Notes: generated by a model not told the origin, from the letters alone. A DNA stretch of 63,874 nucleotides, filler included, from Octopus bimaculoides (GCF_001194135.2; 5 parts of 5 records of this genome joined end to end with filler, not necessarily neighbours in it); one strand, 5' to 3'. Counted from the first letter of the whole stretch, positions 50,136 through 61,500 are shown. Numbers and translations: made by a program.

Positions 50136-51290
50136 TTATATTGTAGGGTTTGTTACTTTACCAATGAAATGAATCATTTTAGCTTGGTTGTCAACAATTA
50201 AAAATATGAATGGGTGATTTACATCAAATTGCATATCAATTTCTATTATGCCATCCGTCACCATCACTCCAAATGCAGCTGCAGCTTCTGTCCCTTTTTC
50301 ATTAACATCAACAAATGCTTTATGAAACATTTCATTGGCAAAGATATTGTTATTATGACGAGTCATTCCAGATAAATCAGCTTTTTGAGGATCAAAAATA
50401 TCAAAGAGTCCAAGCTTTTTCAAAACATCACCCAGCTGAAAACTACTTTCTAAACGAAATTTTGGCATATTTAATTCTAGATACCTCATTTTAAATCCTT
50501 TTCTGTTAACAATTTTTTTGAGAAATTGAGCATTAATCTCCTTCTCTAAAACAGCAAGACCATTGATTTCATTGGGAAGAATTACAAACATACTAAAAGA
50601 TTTTCCTGTATAAGGTAACTCGACAACTTTATAGTTCTTGCTTACTTTTGTACTAAAATATTCAGATATATACATAAAATCATGCGATACAGTCTTGTCT
50701 GGACTTAAATAAAACTGTTTAGAATATGTTTCTTGTTCTGGGAATTTGTCAGCCCATATTCCTTTAAAGTACACAGCATTAATAAGAAGTAGTACCGTCC
50801 GAGGTGTCAAACTTCCACTTGGTAACAAATCAGTAATTTTATCATTTGTTTTATTCTTAACCCAATCATTAACAGTAATTCTTGTTTTTTCTGCATTTTT
50901 TATAAAATCTACATTTTCAATATCTGAAAAAAAATATTTTATAATAATGTTCTTGTAGTCTTCTGAAATGTGGTATTTTTCATTAGCATACAAACAATTC
51001 ACTGAATTGAATGTGATAAGTTTATCCGAGTTTTTCAGAAGTGAAAAATATTCTTTGAAAGCCAAAGCTACAGAATCTGGAGTTGAAGTTATGTTCAAAA
51101 CATTTTCCAACTGTGTGGCAGAGTTTTGTCTTGCTCCAAAATAAACCATTGCTAAAACAGTAGCAACACTGAATGGTGATATGAAAACGTTTTCATTGGT
51201 TCCTGCAGCTACAGCTTCATAAAGACTGTTTGTAAAATAATCAACTGAAGCAGCAAGGTCACTGATGTCTTGTTTCTTTGCTGAGTCCAT
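50136..51290 (-). CDS. Intracellular serpin (leukocyte elastase inhibitor/serpin B-like), 384 aa, single coding exon
   Basis: Uninterrupted ORF with NVFISPFS, INAVYFKGIW, LPY, PKFRLES, HKAFVDVNEKGTEAAAA hinge, FDVNHPFIFLI and FIGKVTNP; no signal peptide. Confidence 0.97.
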   Translation of the reverse strand: MDSAKKQDISDLAASVDYFTNSLYEAVAAGTNENVFISPFSVATVLAMVYFGARQNSATQLENVLNITSTPDSVALAFKEYFSLLKNSDKLITFNSVNCLYANEKYHISEDYKNIIIKYFFSDIENVDFIKNAEKTRITVNDWVKNKTNDKITDLLPSGSLTPRTVLLLINAVYFKGIWADKFPEQETYSKQFYLSPDKTVSHDFMYISEYFSTKVSKNYKVVELPYTGKSFSMFVILPNEINGLAVLEKEINAQFLKKIVNRKGFKMRYLELNMPKFRLESSFQLGDVLKKLGLFDIFDPQKADLSGMTRHNNNIFANEMFHKAFVDVNEKGTEAAAAFGVMVTDGIIEIDMQFDVNHPFIFLIVDNQAKMIHFIGKVTNPTI

Positions 51291-51307
51291 ATTATATATA
51301 GTAGTGT

Positions 51308-51328
51308 CTGAAGAATATAGATTACGAA
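51308..51328 (-). promoter_or_regulatory. 3' splice site of a 5'-UTR intron of the serpin
   Basis: Minus strand TAATCTATATTCTTCAG|ACACTACTATATATAATATG; the AG lies 17 nt before the ATG. Confidence 0.6.
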
Positions 51329-51386
51329 AATAAAATATACAAAATAATTGTTTGCAAACATTTCAAAATATTGTAATATACATAAA

Positions 51387-51441
51387 CTAGTAGAGATACC
51401 CGGCGTTGCCCGTGTTACATGCAATTGAAGAATGAGAATTT
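51387..51441 (-). mobile_element. Helitron-type 3' terminus (hairpin + CTAG|T)
   Basis: Minus strand CACGGGCAACGCCGGGTATCTCTACTAG|TTT. Confidence 0.7.
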
Positions 51442-51661
51442 NNNNNNNNNNNNNNNNNNNNNNNNNNNNNNNNNNNNNNNNNNNNNNNNNNNNNNNNNNN
51501 NNNNNNNNNNNNNNNNNNNNNNNNNNNNNNNNNNNNNNNNNTATGTATGGATGTACGTACGTGCCTATGTAAGTATGTATGGATGTACGTACGTGCCTAC
51601 GTACGTATGTATCTATGTACGTTCGTGCCTACGTACGCATGTATCGATGTACGTACGTACA

Positions 51662-52882
51662 TATGATTATTATAGCCACTGGTAAAAGGATAGTTTTTAG
51701 ATAGTTGTGTAATCTTCCTTTACATGAGAGTTAGTGCAATTACGAGGATGAAAGTTGATGGCGGTATTAGAGACCAAGCAGGAGAATTTGAAGGCAAGAT
51801 GAAAGGACTATATGGAAGAGAGGAAGGAGTCAAAAGGTGAATGAATTTGTGATGGCGTAGGGGTGATGGTGGGTATCAGTGAAGATAGGGGTGTTGGAGA
51901 GGTAGGGTCAGGTGTAGCAGTGTGGTGAAAGCAAGGGAAGGAGCCAGGTTGGGTGCTAGGAGTGGGGAAGAAGCTAGGGACCAGAAGGTCACATAGGTTA
52001 TGGGCATGNNNNNNNNNNNNNNNNNNNNNNNNNNNNNNNNNNNNNNNNNNNNNNNNNNNNNNNNNNNNNNNNNNNNNNNNNNNNNNNNNNNNNNNNNNNN
52101 NNNNNNNNNNNNNNNNNNNNNNNNNNNNNNNNNNNNNNNNNNNNNNNNNNNNNNNNNNNNNNNNNNNNNNNNNNNNNNNNNNNNNNNNNNNNNNNNNNNN
52201 NNNNNNNNNNNNNNNNNNNNNNNNNNNNNNNNNNNNNNNNNNNNNNNNNNNNNNNNNNNNNNNNNNNNNNNNNNNNNNNNNNNNNNNNNNNNNNNNNNNN
52301 NNNNNNNNNNNNNNNNNNNNNNNNNNNNNNNNNNNNNNNNNNNNNNNNNNNNNNNNNNNNNNNNNNNNNNNNNNNNNNNNNNNNNNNNNNNNNNNNNNNN
52401 NNNNNNNNNNNNNNNNNNNNNNNNNNNNNNNNNNNNNNNNNNNNNNNNNNNNNNNNNNNNNNNNNNNNNNNNNNNNNNNNNNNNNNNNNNNNNNNNNNNN
52501 NNNNNNNNNNNNNNNNNNNNNNNNNCTATAGGGCCACACTCATACCATCTAATCACATCCTAAGACACTATATGAACATGACAACCAATAACTTTAAGAG
52601 AAAATACATGAACATATGCACTCCTTCAGGTGTAGAGACAGAAAAATCTCCAACTCCCTGTTCTGCTTCATCTGAAGACTCTGGTACCATCAACATGACT
52701 TATCCTACAGTGCATAAAGCATCCTAACATGATTCCTTCTTACTCTGGAGCAATGTCCCTTAGAACCTGCAAATATTTCTCCAATCTGCACTATTCAGTT
52801 ATAGGAAAACTAAGCTTTCTTATTGTTGCCACAAAAGGCACATCCTGTTAATGATTTTCAAACCATTGGCCACTGATATGCA
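51662..52882 (+). repeat. Segmental duplication copy 2, block A
   Basis: Direct repeat of 47680-48590; by-eye count about 15 differences in about 345 nt (left part) and about 3 in about 315 nt (right part). Confidence 0.88.
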
Positions 52883-53407
52883 ACCCTAGGCAAATTCATG
52901 TGCAACCTGACACCACAATACCAGTTAACTCCTCGCATGTCAACTGCTGTCACTGAAAAAATCACATCCTGCTAAATATTGGCCAAGTGACACCAACATC
53001 TTGCCTGCTTTACCACATGTAGCATCTAATATAAAACGCAGTTGTTGCTGAAATATCACACCCAGCAGAATATTATTTGTGTGATACCACTATCATGTTT
53101 ACTTCCTGTAAATGAACTGATGTTGGTATGAGAGCAAAAACAACAAGATGACTCAAACTGACCATTGGAGTCTTAAATATATTAGCTCTGAAGCTATTTC
53201 AAAATTATTTAAAATTCTCTTCACTCTCTCCTTGAATATCTGATGATGTGGAAATGTTCTCCATTCCTAAAATTTTAAGTAATGTGGAGTTCTAAAGTGC
53301 TATTAAAGAAACATAACTAACTGAATATATTGGGTGATACTTTCTTTTGTTTGTTCACCCATTTCCAGATATTTACACACACACACACACACACGTATGT
53401 GTGTATA

Positions 53408-53665
53408 TCTATACTATATATAAAACAGAGATGTGTGTGTAATCGCTTTTCACGTGAAATCGACTTCACCAAATGCTTCCATACTTGCGATGCGTGAATA
53501 ACTTGACCTCAGATAAATCTTAGGCTCTTCATTTGATTTTTTTGATTAAAAATAAATAACATTGCTTTATATTTAAGATTCGCTTCTTTAAAAAGGTTCC
53601 TCAATGTCAACTTCCGGTATTGACGTAATAACTGCAAAAAAGCTTCACTCTCTATTTTGTGTGTG

Positions 53666-53706
<41 letters not shown>
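53408..53706 (+). mobile_element. Helitron-like 5' end running into a gap
   Basis: A|TCTATACTATATATAAAACAGAGATGTGTGTGT. Confidence 0.55.
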
Positions 53707-54524
53707 NNNNNNNNNNNNNNNNNNNNNNNNNNNNNNNNNNNNNNNNNNNNNNNNNNNNNNNNNNNNNNNNNNNNNNNNNNNNNNNNNNNNNNNNNNNNNN
53801 NNNNNNNNNNNNNNNNNNNNNNNNNNNNNNNNNNNNNNNNNNNNNNNNNNNNNNNNNNNNNNNNNNNNNNNNNNNNNNNNNNNNNNNNNNNNNNNNNNNN
53901 NNNNNNNNNNNNNNNNNNNNNNNNNNNNNNNNNNNNNNNNNNNNNNNNNNNNNNNNNNNNNNNNNNNNNNNNNNNNNNNNNNNNNNNNNNNNNNNNNNNN
54001 NNNNNNNNNNNNNNNNNNNNNNNNNNNNNNNNNNNNNNNNNNNNNNNNNNNNNNNNNNNNNNNNNNNNNNNNNNNNNNNNNNNNNNNNNNNNNNNNNNNN
54101 NNNNNNNNNNNNNNNNNNNNNNNNNNNNNNNNNNNNNNNNNNNNNNNNNNNNNNNNNNNNNNNNNNNNNNNNNNNNNNNNNNNNNNNNNNNNNNNNNNNN
54201 NNNNNNNNNNNNNNNNNNNNNNNNNNNNNNNNNNNNNNNNNNNNNNNNNNNNNNNNNNNNNNNNNNNNNNNNNNNNNNNNNNNNNNNNNNNNNNNNNNNN
54301 NNNNNNNNNNNNNNNNNNNNNNNNNNNNNAACAATTGTACTAAATTAACTAAAGGCAAGTGTTTTTTTGCTCTTCTCTACTGTTTTTTGTTCTGTGTGTA
54401 TCAAAAATATCGCTATCAATCTAGAGTAATAATTTGTAGTTTTGAAATCAGTAGTTTTTTGACTGCTATTTCTGAATTCTCAGTATGTTGGAGAAGCAGG
54501 TTACTGTCAATCCCTATATATTTA

Positions 54525-54563
<39 letters not shown>

Positions 54564-54911
54564 TGCATACACATACATATTTCCTTTCTCAGATTCTTGG
54601 CTTACATCTTTTATTTGTTTTTCTCCACTCTTGAGCATTTCATTCCAACTTGCCATAATTTTCTTTGGATCAACTGCTACCAATCATTTATGACTGCTTT
54701 ATAGTGTTTTAACTTATATAGCATCCATTAACTATTTCCACATTACTTTATGTAGAAACAAAAGCCTTTCTTTTTTCTCTACAATGATATTTGTGCCATT
54801 TAAACTTTCCTGTCAACAAAAAGCATTTTTGTGTAAAGTTGAAAACTTATTCTCAAACCATATTTTCTATAAATTCATTTTGGTTGTTAAGATGTATATT
54901 ATGTTACTGTA

Positions 54912-55260
54912 TCTACAAGGTCCAATCAAAAAACATCAGGACTGGTGCTATAAGAAGAAAACTACAATACATATCAATTTGGCATTTAATCTCTTTGGAA
55001 ATAGTCCCATTATGTAGCCACACACTTTATCTAATGTCATTTCCATTGGTGGAAGTATTCCTGGAACTCCTTTTTGAGTGAGTAGCTGTCTCATACAATT
55101 AAAGAGATCCTGTTCAGCTGAAACCTGTTCTTCTTTTTGAGATGACCAGACACTAAGAATGAATATTCCATAATGAGACCAGTATTTGACTGCTAATTTA
55201 TTTCATAGACTTTGTAAGTGTGAATGATATTGTTGAACCAGTGTGTATCATATTTAATGT
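54912..55260 (+). mobile_element. mariner-like terminal fragment (block B, copy 2)
   Basis: TACAAGGTCCAATCAAAAAACATC mariner-like end; 55021-55260 is duplicated at 48589-48872. Confidence 0.6.
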
Positions 55261-55375
55261 GAGTTTTTATATCATAAAACCAGAGATGGTCTCAGGCTGG
55301 TCAATATTGTTTACTAAACTGACAATATATCATTTTAAGATCTTTTATTCATTTTTAACTTATTGTGTTAAGATT

Positions 55376-55527
55376 ACAATTGCAGCGTGGAAAGTGTTTA
55401 TAAGCCATGTCATGGTCTCAAAGCGAAGAAAATATTTTGACAAATTAAATTTAAATGTTGAAGTGGATCTAACGGTTTTTGTGTGTTATTTTAAATGGCT
55501 TATAAACACCTTCCACGCTGCAATTGT
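55376..55527. repeat. Near-perfect inverted repeat (33-bp arms, 86-nt spacer), probable small MITE
   Basis: ACAATTGCAGCGTGGAAAGTGTTTATAAGCCAT versus ATGGCTTATAAACACCTTCCACGCTGCAATTGT, 1 mismatch. Confidence 0.85.
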
Positions 55528-56390
55528 TTTCGTTCCAGCATACAATCTCAGATCAGGTCACTTGCTAATGTGTTAAGATTATTTTTGATAAAACAAAATA
55601 GTAAATGAATAATGTATTTAGGCCGTAAATGCCTAAATGTCTAAGATGAATGCTAAATATTATTTTTGCCCCATTAGCTATTAAATGTGAGGTTAATTGT
55701 CCAAAAGATTATAATCTTATCTGAATTACGTTCATCTTTGGTAAAGGTGGTTGTCTTTGAATATAGAAGCTCAAGTATTATAGAGAACAGGAGTTCAAGA
55801 AGCTATTATTTTTGATGGATGCAAAGAGAGGATTTTATCACATTGGGCAAACGTNNNNNNNNNNNNNNNNNNNNNNNNNNNNNNNNNNNNNNNNNNNNNN
55901 NNNNNNNNNNNNNNNNNNNNNNNNNNNNNNNNNNNNNNNNNNNNNNNNNNNNNNNNNNNNNNNNNNNNNNNNNNNNNNNNNNNNNNNNNNNNNNNNNNNN
56001 NNNNNNNNNNNNNNNNNNNNNNNNNNNNNNNNNNNNNNNNNNNNNNNNNNNNNNNNNNNNNNNNNNNNNNNNNNNNNNNNNNNNNNNNNNNNNNNNNNNN
56101 NNNNNNNNNNNNNNNNNNNNNNNNNNNNNNNNNNNNNNNNNNNNNNNNNNNNNNNNNNNNNNNNNNNNNNNNNNNNNNNNNNNNNNNNNNNNNNNNNNNN
56201 NNNNNNNNNNNNNNNNNNNNNNNNNNNNNNNNNNNNNNNNNNNNNNNNNNNNNNNNNNNNNNNNNNNNNNNNNNNNNNNNNNNNNNNNNNNNNNNNNNNN
56301 NNNNNNNNNNNNNNNNNNNNNNNNNNNNNNNNNNNNNNNNNNNNNNNNNNNNNNNNNNNNNNNNNNNNNNNNNNNNNNNNNNNNNNNNNN

Positions 56391-56700
56391 AAGGACAAGC
56401 CCAGCAAGGTAGAAAAGATTAGAGGTGCTGGGCTCAGTGGTAGTGTGATGGTCTAAGAAGTACTTGAGGATGAGAAGACCACCATTATGTGTAATAACAG
56501 TAAGTAAGGATTTAATATCCAGAGTGAAGAAGAATATGGAGGAGCAAAGGTGGAAAGGAGATGTTGAAAAGATGATGAGCAAAATTAGTATTATGAATGT
56601 AGGAAGCAAGGGCAGTAACTAAATGTTGGAGGATCATGTTGAGGTATTTATTGAGGTTTTTGCAAATGAGGCAGGCAGGGTTGTCAAGCTTATGAAACGT
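56391..56700 (-). mobile_element. Penelope-like reverse transcriptase relic
   Basis: FFTLDIKSLLTVITHNGGLLILKYFLDH...EPSTSNLFYLAGLVL resembles the PLE RT motif FTMDIKSLYTVIP...LKYFLD..EPST..L..LAELVL. Confidence 0.75.
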
Positions 56701-56719
56701 CTGGAGAAATAGATTCCTT

Positions 56720-57080
56720 CAAGTGCTAGAGGTAGTAGATAGCTTCCTTTATCTTGGTGACCAAGTCAGTAGCAGAGATGGAAGCTTTGAGAGCATAGCT
56801 GCAAGAATAAGAATAGGCTGGGCAAAGTTCAGAGAGCTCCTACCACTGCTGGTGACAAAGGGGCTTCACTGGATGTGCAATATCAGTGTGCATGTACGAC
56901 AGAGCGTAAGCGTCTCGAGAGAAAATTTGGGCGAAAAAGGCATCAGATGTGGTGTGCAAGAGAGACAACGGTGCTGGTATGGTAATGTGATGCGTATGGA
57001 TGAGAACAGCTGTGTAAAGAAGTATCGATCTCTAGCTGTGGAGGGAACCTGTGGTAGAGGTAGACTCAGGAAGACCAGTT
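56720..57080 (+). mobile_element. RTE fragment with internal deletion
   Basis: EVVDSFLYLGDQV...FRELLPLLVTKGL joined directly to HWMCNISV...GRGRLRKT. Confidence 0.85.
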
Positions 57081-57957
57081 CCTGGAAGATGATGAATGCC
57101 AACTAGCAGCTGCCTTCCACCCCAGGTTTCACCTCATCTGGTTGAAGAGGTATGATAACACCAAGCTCATCAATGTGAGGAGAAGCACGGAGGATAAGGT
57201 CAAGGAGGCCATGAGGCAGCAGTCTGAGGAAGTGAGCAGCAATAACTGCAATCGTAGTCGTGGCTGATGCTGGTGTCACATAACTGGCACCCATGCTGGT
57301 GACATGTAAAAAACACCTTTTGAGCATTGAGCCTCATGGAGACAAGATGGCTGATGCCGGTGGCATGTGAAAAGCATCTTTTGAGTGTTGGGCCTCACAG
57401 AAGCAATGACAAATGACTGAGACCTTTGGTATTATGCCATGTTTGAGAAGAAACTCATCAAGCCAAGTGAAATCATAGTCATGGCAGATACTGCTGTCAT
57501 GCAAGTGGGACCCAAGCTGGTTGCATGTGAAATCACCTATTACACTCTCAGAGAGGTAGGCCTTAGGAAGGACATCCAGCCATAGAAAACATGTCAAATC
57601 AGACTTGAGTCTGGTACAGCTTCCAGTTTGCCAGCCCTGATCAAACCATCCAATCCAAGCCGGCATAGACAACGGATGTTAAATGATGATGATGATGGTG
57701 GTGGTGGCAGTGGTGGGGGTGGTGTTGATCATGATGATGATGATGATGATGATGAAGAAGAAGAAGAAGAAGAAGAAGAAGAAGAAGAAGAAGAAGAAGA
57801 AGAAAAAGATGATGATGATGATTATATATATATATATATATATGATGATGATATATATATATATATTGGATCAGATTGGAGCTTGGTGCAGCCACTAGTT
57901 CTCGAAACCTTAGTCAAACCGTCCAACCCATGCCAGCATAGAAAACAGGCGTTAAAC

Positions 57958-58029
<72 letters not shown>

Positions 58030-58189
58030 ATCATCATCATCATCATTTAATGTCTGCTCTCCAAGCTGGCATGGGTTAGACGGTTTGACTGGAGCTTATG
58101 AGCTGGAGAGCTGCACCACGTTCCAGTCTGATTTAGCATAGTTTCTTCAGGTGGATGCCCTTCCTAACGCCAACTACACCAAGAGTGTT

Positions 58190-58395
58190 ATTTCTTTACT
58201 ACCCACAAGGGGCTACATACATAGGGGACAAACAAAGACAGACAAACGGATTAAGTCGATTATATCGACCCCAGTGCGTAACTGGTACTTATTTAATCGA
58301 CCCCGCAAGGATGAAAGGCAAAGTCGACCTTGGCGGAATTTGAACTCAGAACGTAGCGGCAGACGAAATACCGCCAAGCATTTCGCCCGGCGTGC
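58190..58395 (-). mobile_element. OK-type SINE
   Basis: Same family as 9814-10037 and 15125-15345. Confidence 0.85.
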
Positions 58396-58477
58396 TTTTA
58401 CATACCACCGGCGTGGGTACCATTTACATAGCACATATATATGTATACATAATACACATGCACACACATATATACTC

Positions 58478-59420
58478 ATCGTACGGTCATGTGGCGAGAA
58501 TGGACGAGGATAACTGTGTGAAAAAGTGCCACATCCTAGCAGTTGATGGAACCTGTGGAAGAGATAGGCCCAGGAAGACCTGGGATGAAGTGGTGAGACA
58601 AGACCTTTGAACATTGGGCCTCACCAAGGCGATGACTTCTGACCGAGACCTTTGGAAATATGCTGTGTGTGAGAAGACTCGGCAAGCCATGTGAGACCTA
58701 AATCCAAGGCCTCTGCCAGGGGTGTAGCCAGCCCACTTATGCGTACCTTCACTTCATTGGACACTAAACTCCGCTTGCGAAGACCTGTTGAGGCAAGTGA
58801 AATCGAAATCGTACTAAATTCGACAACTGGCACCCATNNNNNNNNNNNNNNNNNNNNNNNNNNNNNNNNNNNNNNNNNNNNNNNNNNNNNNNNNNNNNNN
58901 NNNNNNNNNNNNNNNNNNNNNNNNNNNNNNNNNNNNNNNNNNNNNNNNNNNNNNNNNNNNNNNNNNNNNNNNNNNNNNNNNNNNNNNNNNNNNNNNNNNN
59001 NNNNNNNNNNNNNNNNNNNNNNNNNNNNNNNNNNNNNNNNNNNNNNNNNNNNNNNNNNNNNNNNNNNNNNNNNNNNNNNNNNNNNNNNNNNNNNNNNNNN
59101 NNNNNNNNNNNNNNNNNNNNNNNNNNNNNNNNNNNNNNNNNNNNNNNNNNNNNNNNNNNNNNNNNNNNNNNNNNNNNNNNNNNNNNNNNNNNNNNNNNNN
59201 NNNNNNNNNNNNNNNNNNNNNNNNNNNNNNNNNNNNNNNNNNNNNNGAACCCACTACACTCTCGGAGTGGTTGGCGTTAGGAAGGGCATCCAGCTGTAGA
59301 AACTCTGCCAAATCAGACTGGAACCTGGTGTAGCCATCTGGTTTCACCAGTCCTCAGTCAAATCGTCCAACCCATGCTAGCATGGAAAGCGGATGTTAAA
59401 CGATGATGATGATGATGATG
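58478..59420 (+). mobile_element. RTE 3' end (C-terminus plus 3' UTR), interrupted by a gap
   Basis: YGHVARMDEDNCVKKC...RPRKTW; 3' UTR as at 6800-7365. Confidence 0.88.
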
Positions 59421-60030
59421 ATCATCATCATCATCATCATCATCGCCATGACTGCAATTTTGCAATTTTATTGAAACAAAACACGCGGGTGAAGTGAATC
59501 TCGTGGTGTGAAGAATCAACACAATACAACATGCGGGTGAAGTGAAACATCACACAACGTGCGGTTGTCATGCTAACTAGCTGTTAATGCCTTGCCTCTG
59601 TGAGGGCCCAATGCTCGAAAGATTCTTTTTATGTGCCACTGGCACCGATGCTAGTTACATGACACCAGCATCAGCCACAACTACGATTTCACACAGATAT
59701 CTTTTAATCGGTATGCGATAAGAATCTTGTTTCCCAACCATATGGTTCCGGGTGCACTCCCACTGCATGACACCTTGCGCAAGTGTCTTCATCCATAGCC
59801 TCAGGCCGACTAATGCGTCCTGGAAGCTCAAGATAGCATTTTTCATAGGCATATCCTAACGACAGAGGAAAACTATCGGTAAGATTTTGGTAAGTACATG
59901 GTTCATTATTAAATAAATATTTATTAGTTGTTACTATATGAATTAATATGTTAACATTTATATTGTGTGTATTTATGTTAAAAATATTTTTTCTGAAGTC
60001 GTAGTCTATGAAATGTGTTTGTGTATGCAC

Positions 60031-60068
<38 letters not shown>

Positions 60069-60280
60069 TTTCAGAATGAGATAAAAATCCAAGGCTGTGA
60101 AATATTTTAGAACATTTATAAATAGAAGGTCTTACAGCTGTTTCCAGGATATTTTATATATCCCTTCGCCCTTCCAAAAATGTTGCCTACAAATTACTTT
60201 GTAATTGTAATCTACACCGTTTAAAAGGTATTTGTATAAAATCTCATTAAAAAATACCTATATTCCAGAAAGTTATGAGG

Positions 60281-60380
60281 NNNNNNNNNNNNNNNNNNNN
60301 NNNNNNNNNNNNNNNNNNNNNNNNTTAATTAATTAANNNNNNNNNNNNNNNNNNNNNNNNNNNNNNNNNNNNNNNNNNNN
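60281..60380. other. Artificial scaffold-join linker
   Basis: N44-TTAATTAATTAA-N44. Confidence 0.9.
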
Positions 60381-60794
60381 ATATATATATATATACATAT
60401 ATCGTTGCCACTTAAATGTGGCTAACCTTAAGGGTGGATGCCACTGTAGCTGGTAGCCCCAGGAGGATACCTCCTCCAGCTGGATATTGACACACTTTCT
60501 GTGCCCTATCAGTATTTGCAAAGGGAAGCCATCCTTCTTGTCTTCAACCCAACATGATACACACGGACCTGAGTTTCTGGATGTTGACCCATCATCAGCA
60601 TGTGACAATCACCAGTTTTCTCTTCATTATTGGCATAAAGCCATATATACAGACGGGACAATACAAAGACAAACATGGGGTACATAAAATGATTACGGAT
60701 GAATTATGAGTTGTGAAAATATATGATGATGAAATGGCTTCCCACCCCACAAAGTGGAAAGTACCATTTTACTGTTTCAACAGTTCAATTTGTC

Positions 60795-61470
60795 TCAATA
60801 AGATCCCATAAGCATTTTAAAATTTGCTAAGATTATATCTGTGAAGTTTATATCCTCCCAGAAATAATCTAAATCTGCAAAGTCTACCATGGATGGCAAC
60901 TCATCAGATCGAGCCTTAATTGGTGTGTTATTCATATCATCTCCGAATCTTTCCTTCAGTTTCACCGCTCTTCTGTCGTTCAGCAATACTGCTTTCGAGT
61001 TCTTGTTATTCTCCCTGTCTTCCAATCTTACTCTTATTATTCACTTCACTTTTGTTAGTTGTTTCTCTATTTCAACGCTTTTTGAGTACACGACTATCCT
61101 TCTTTCATTCATTTTCTATTTTGACTTTTTCTGCCGCTTTTCTCTTCTTCTTTGGAGGCGATTCACCATTTCCTTTCTTTTCAACCTCAGTGACTACTAC
61201 TTCCTTCTCTGTTACTTCGTTCACTTCTTCTTCCTGACACTCCTCCACCACTTGTTCTTGCTTCTGGGGGCACTTTGCCTTTATGTGCCCCCTTACACTG
61301 CTTCCATAACATATAGGCGGTCTACCCTCCACCATTATTCTCAACCTGGTTTCATCAGGTAAGACCACCTCTTCCGCAATTTTGTGGAGGTCCAGTAGGG
61401 TGATATGAAACATGACTTCTAGGCCATACCCCCACCAGTTGACTTCCGCTGTCTTCGACATCTTTAAAAT
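60795..61470 (-). mobile_element. LINE ORF1 (L1/Tx1-like) relic with degenerate zinc knuckle
   Basis: RLRIMVEGRPPICYGSSVRGHIKAKCP (CxxCxxxGHxxxxC-like with one Cys lost), acidic stretch, PPKKKRK basic motif. Confidence 0.6.
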
Positions 61471-61500
61471 TTCTGCTTTTTATTCAGAGCTGTATAGTAT

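Noticed and set aside
54620-54690. Minus-strand exon candidate AVDPKKIMASWNEMLKSGEKQIKD|GTAAGC
   Set aside because: Poor acceptor context, no partner exon, and it lies among decayed TE sequence.
57628-58050. Poly-D/E and poly-M/K ORFs
   Set aside because: GAT/GAA microsatellite expansions in RTE tails.
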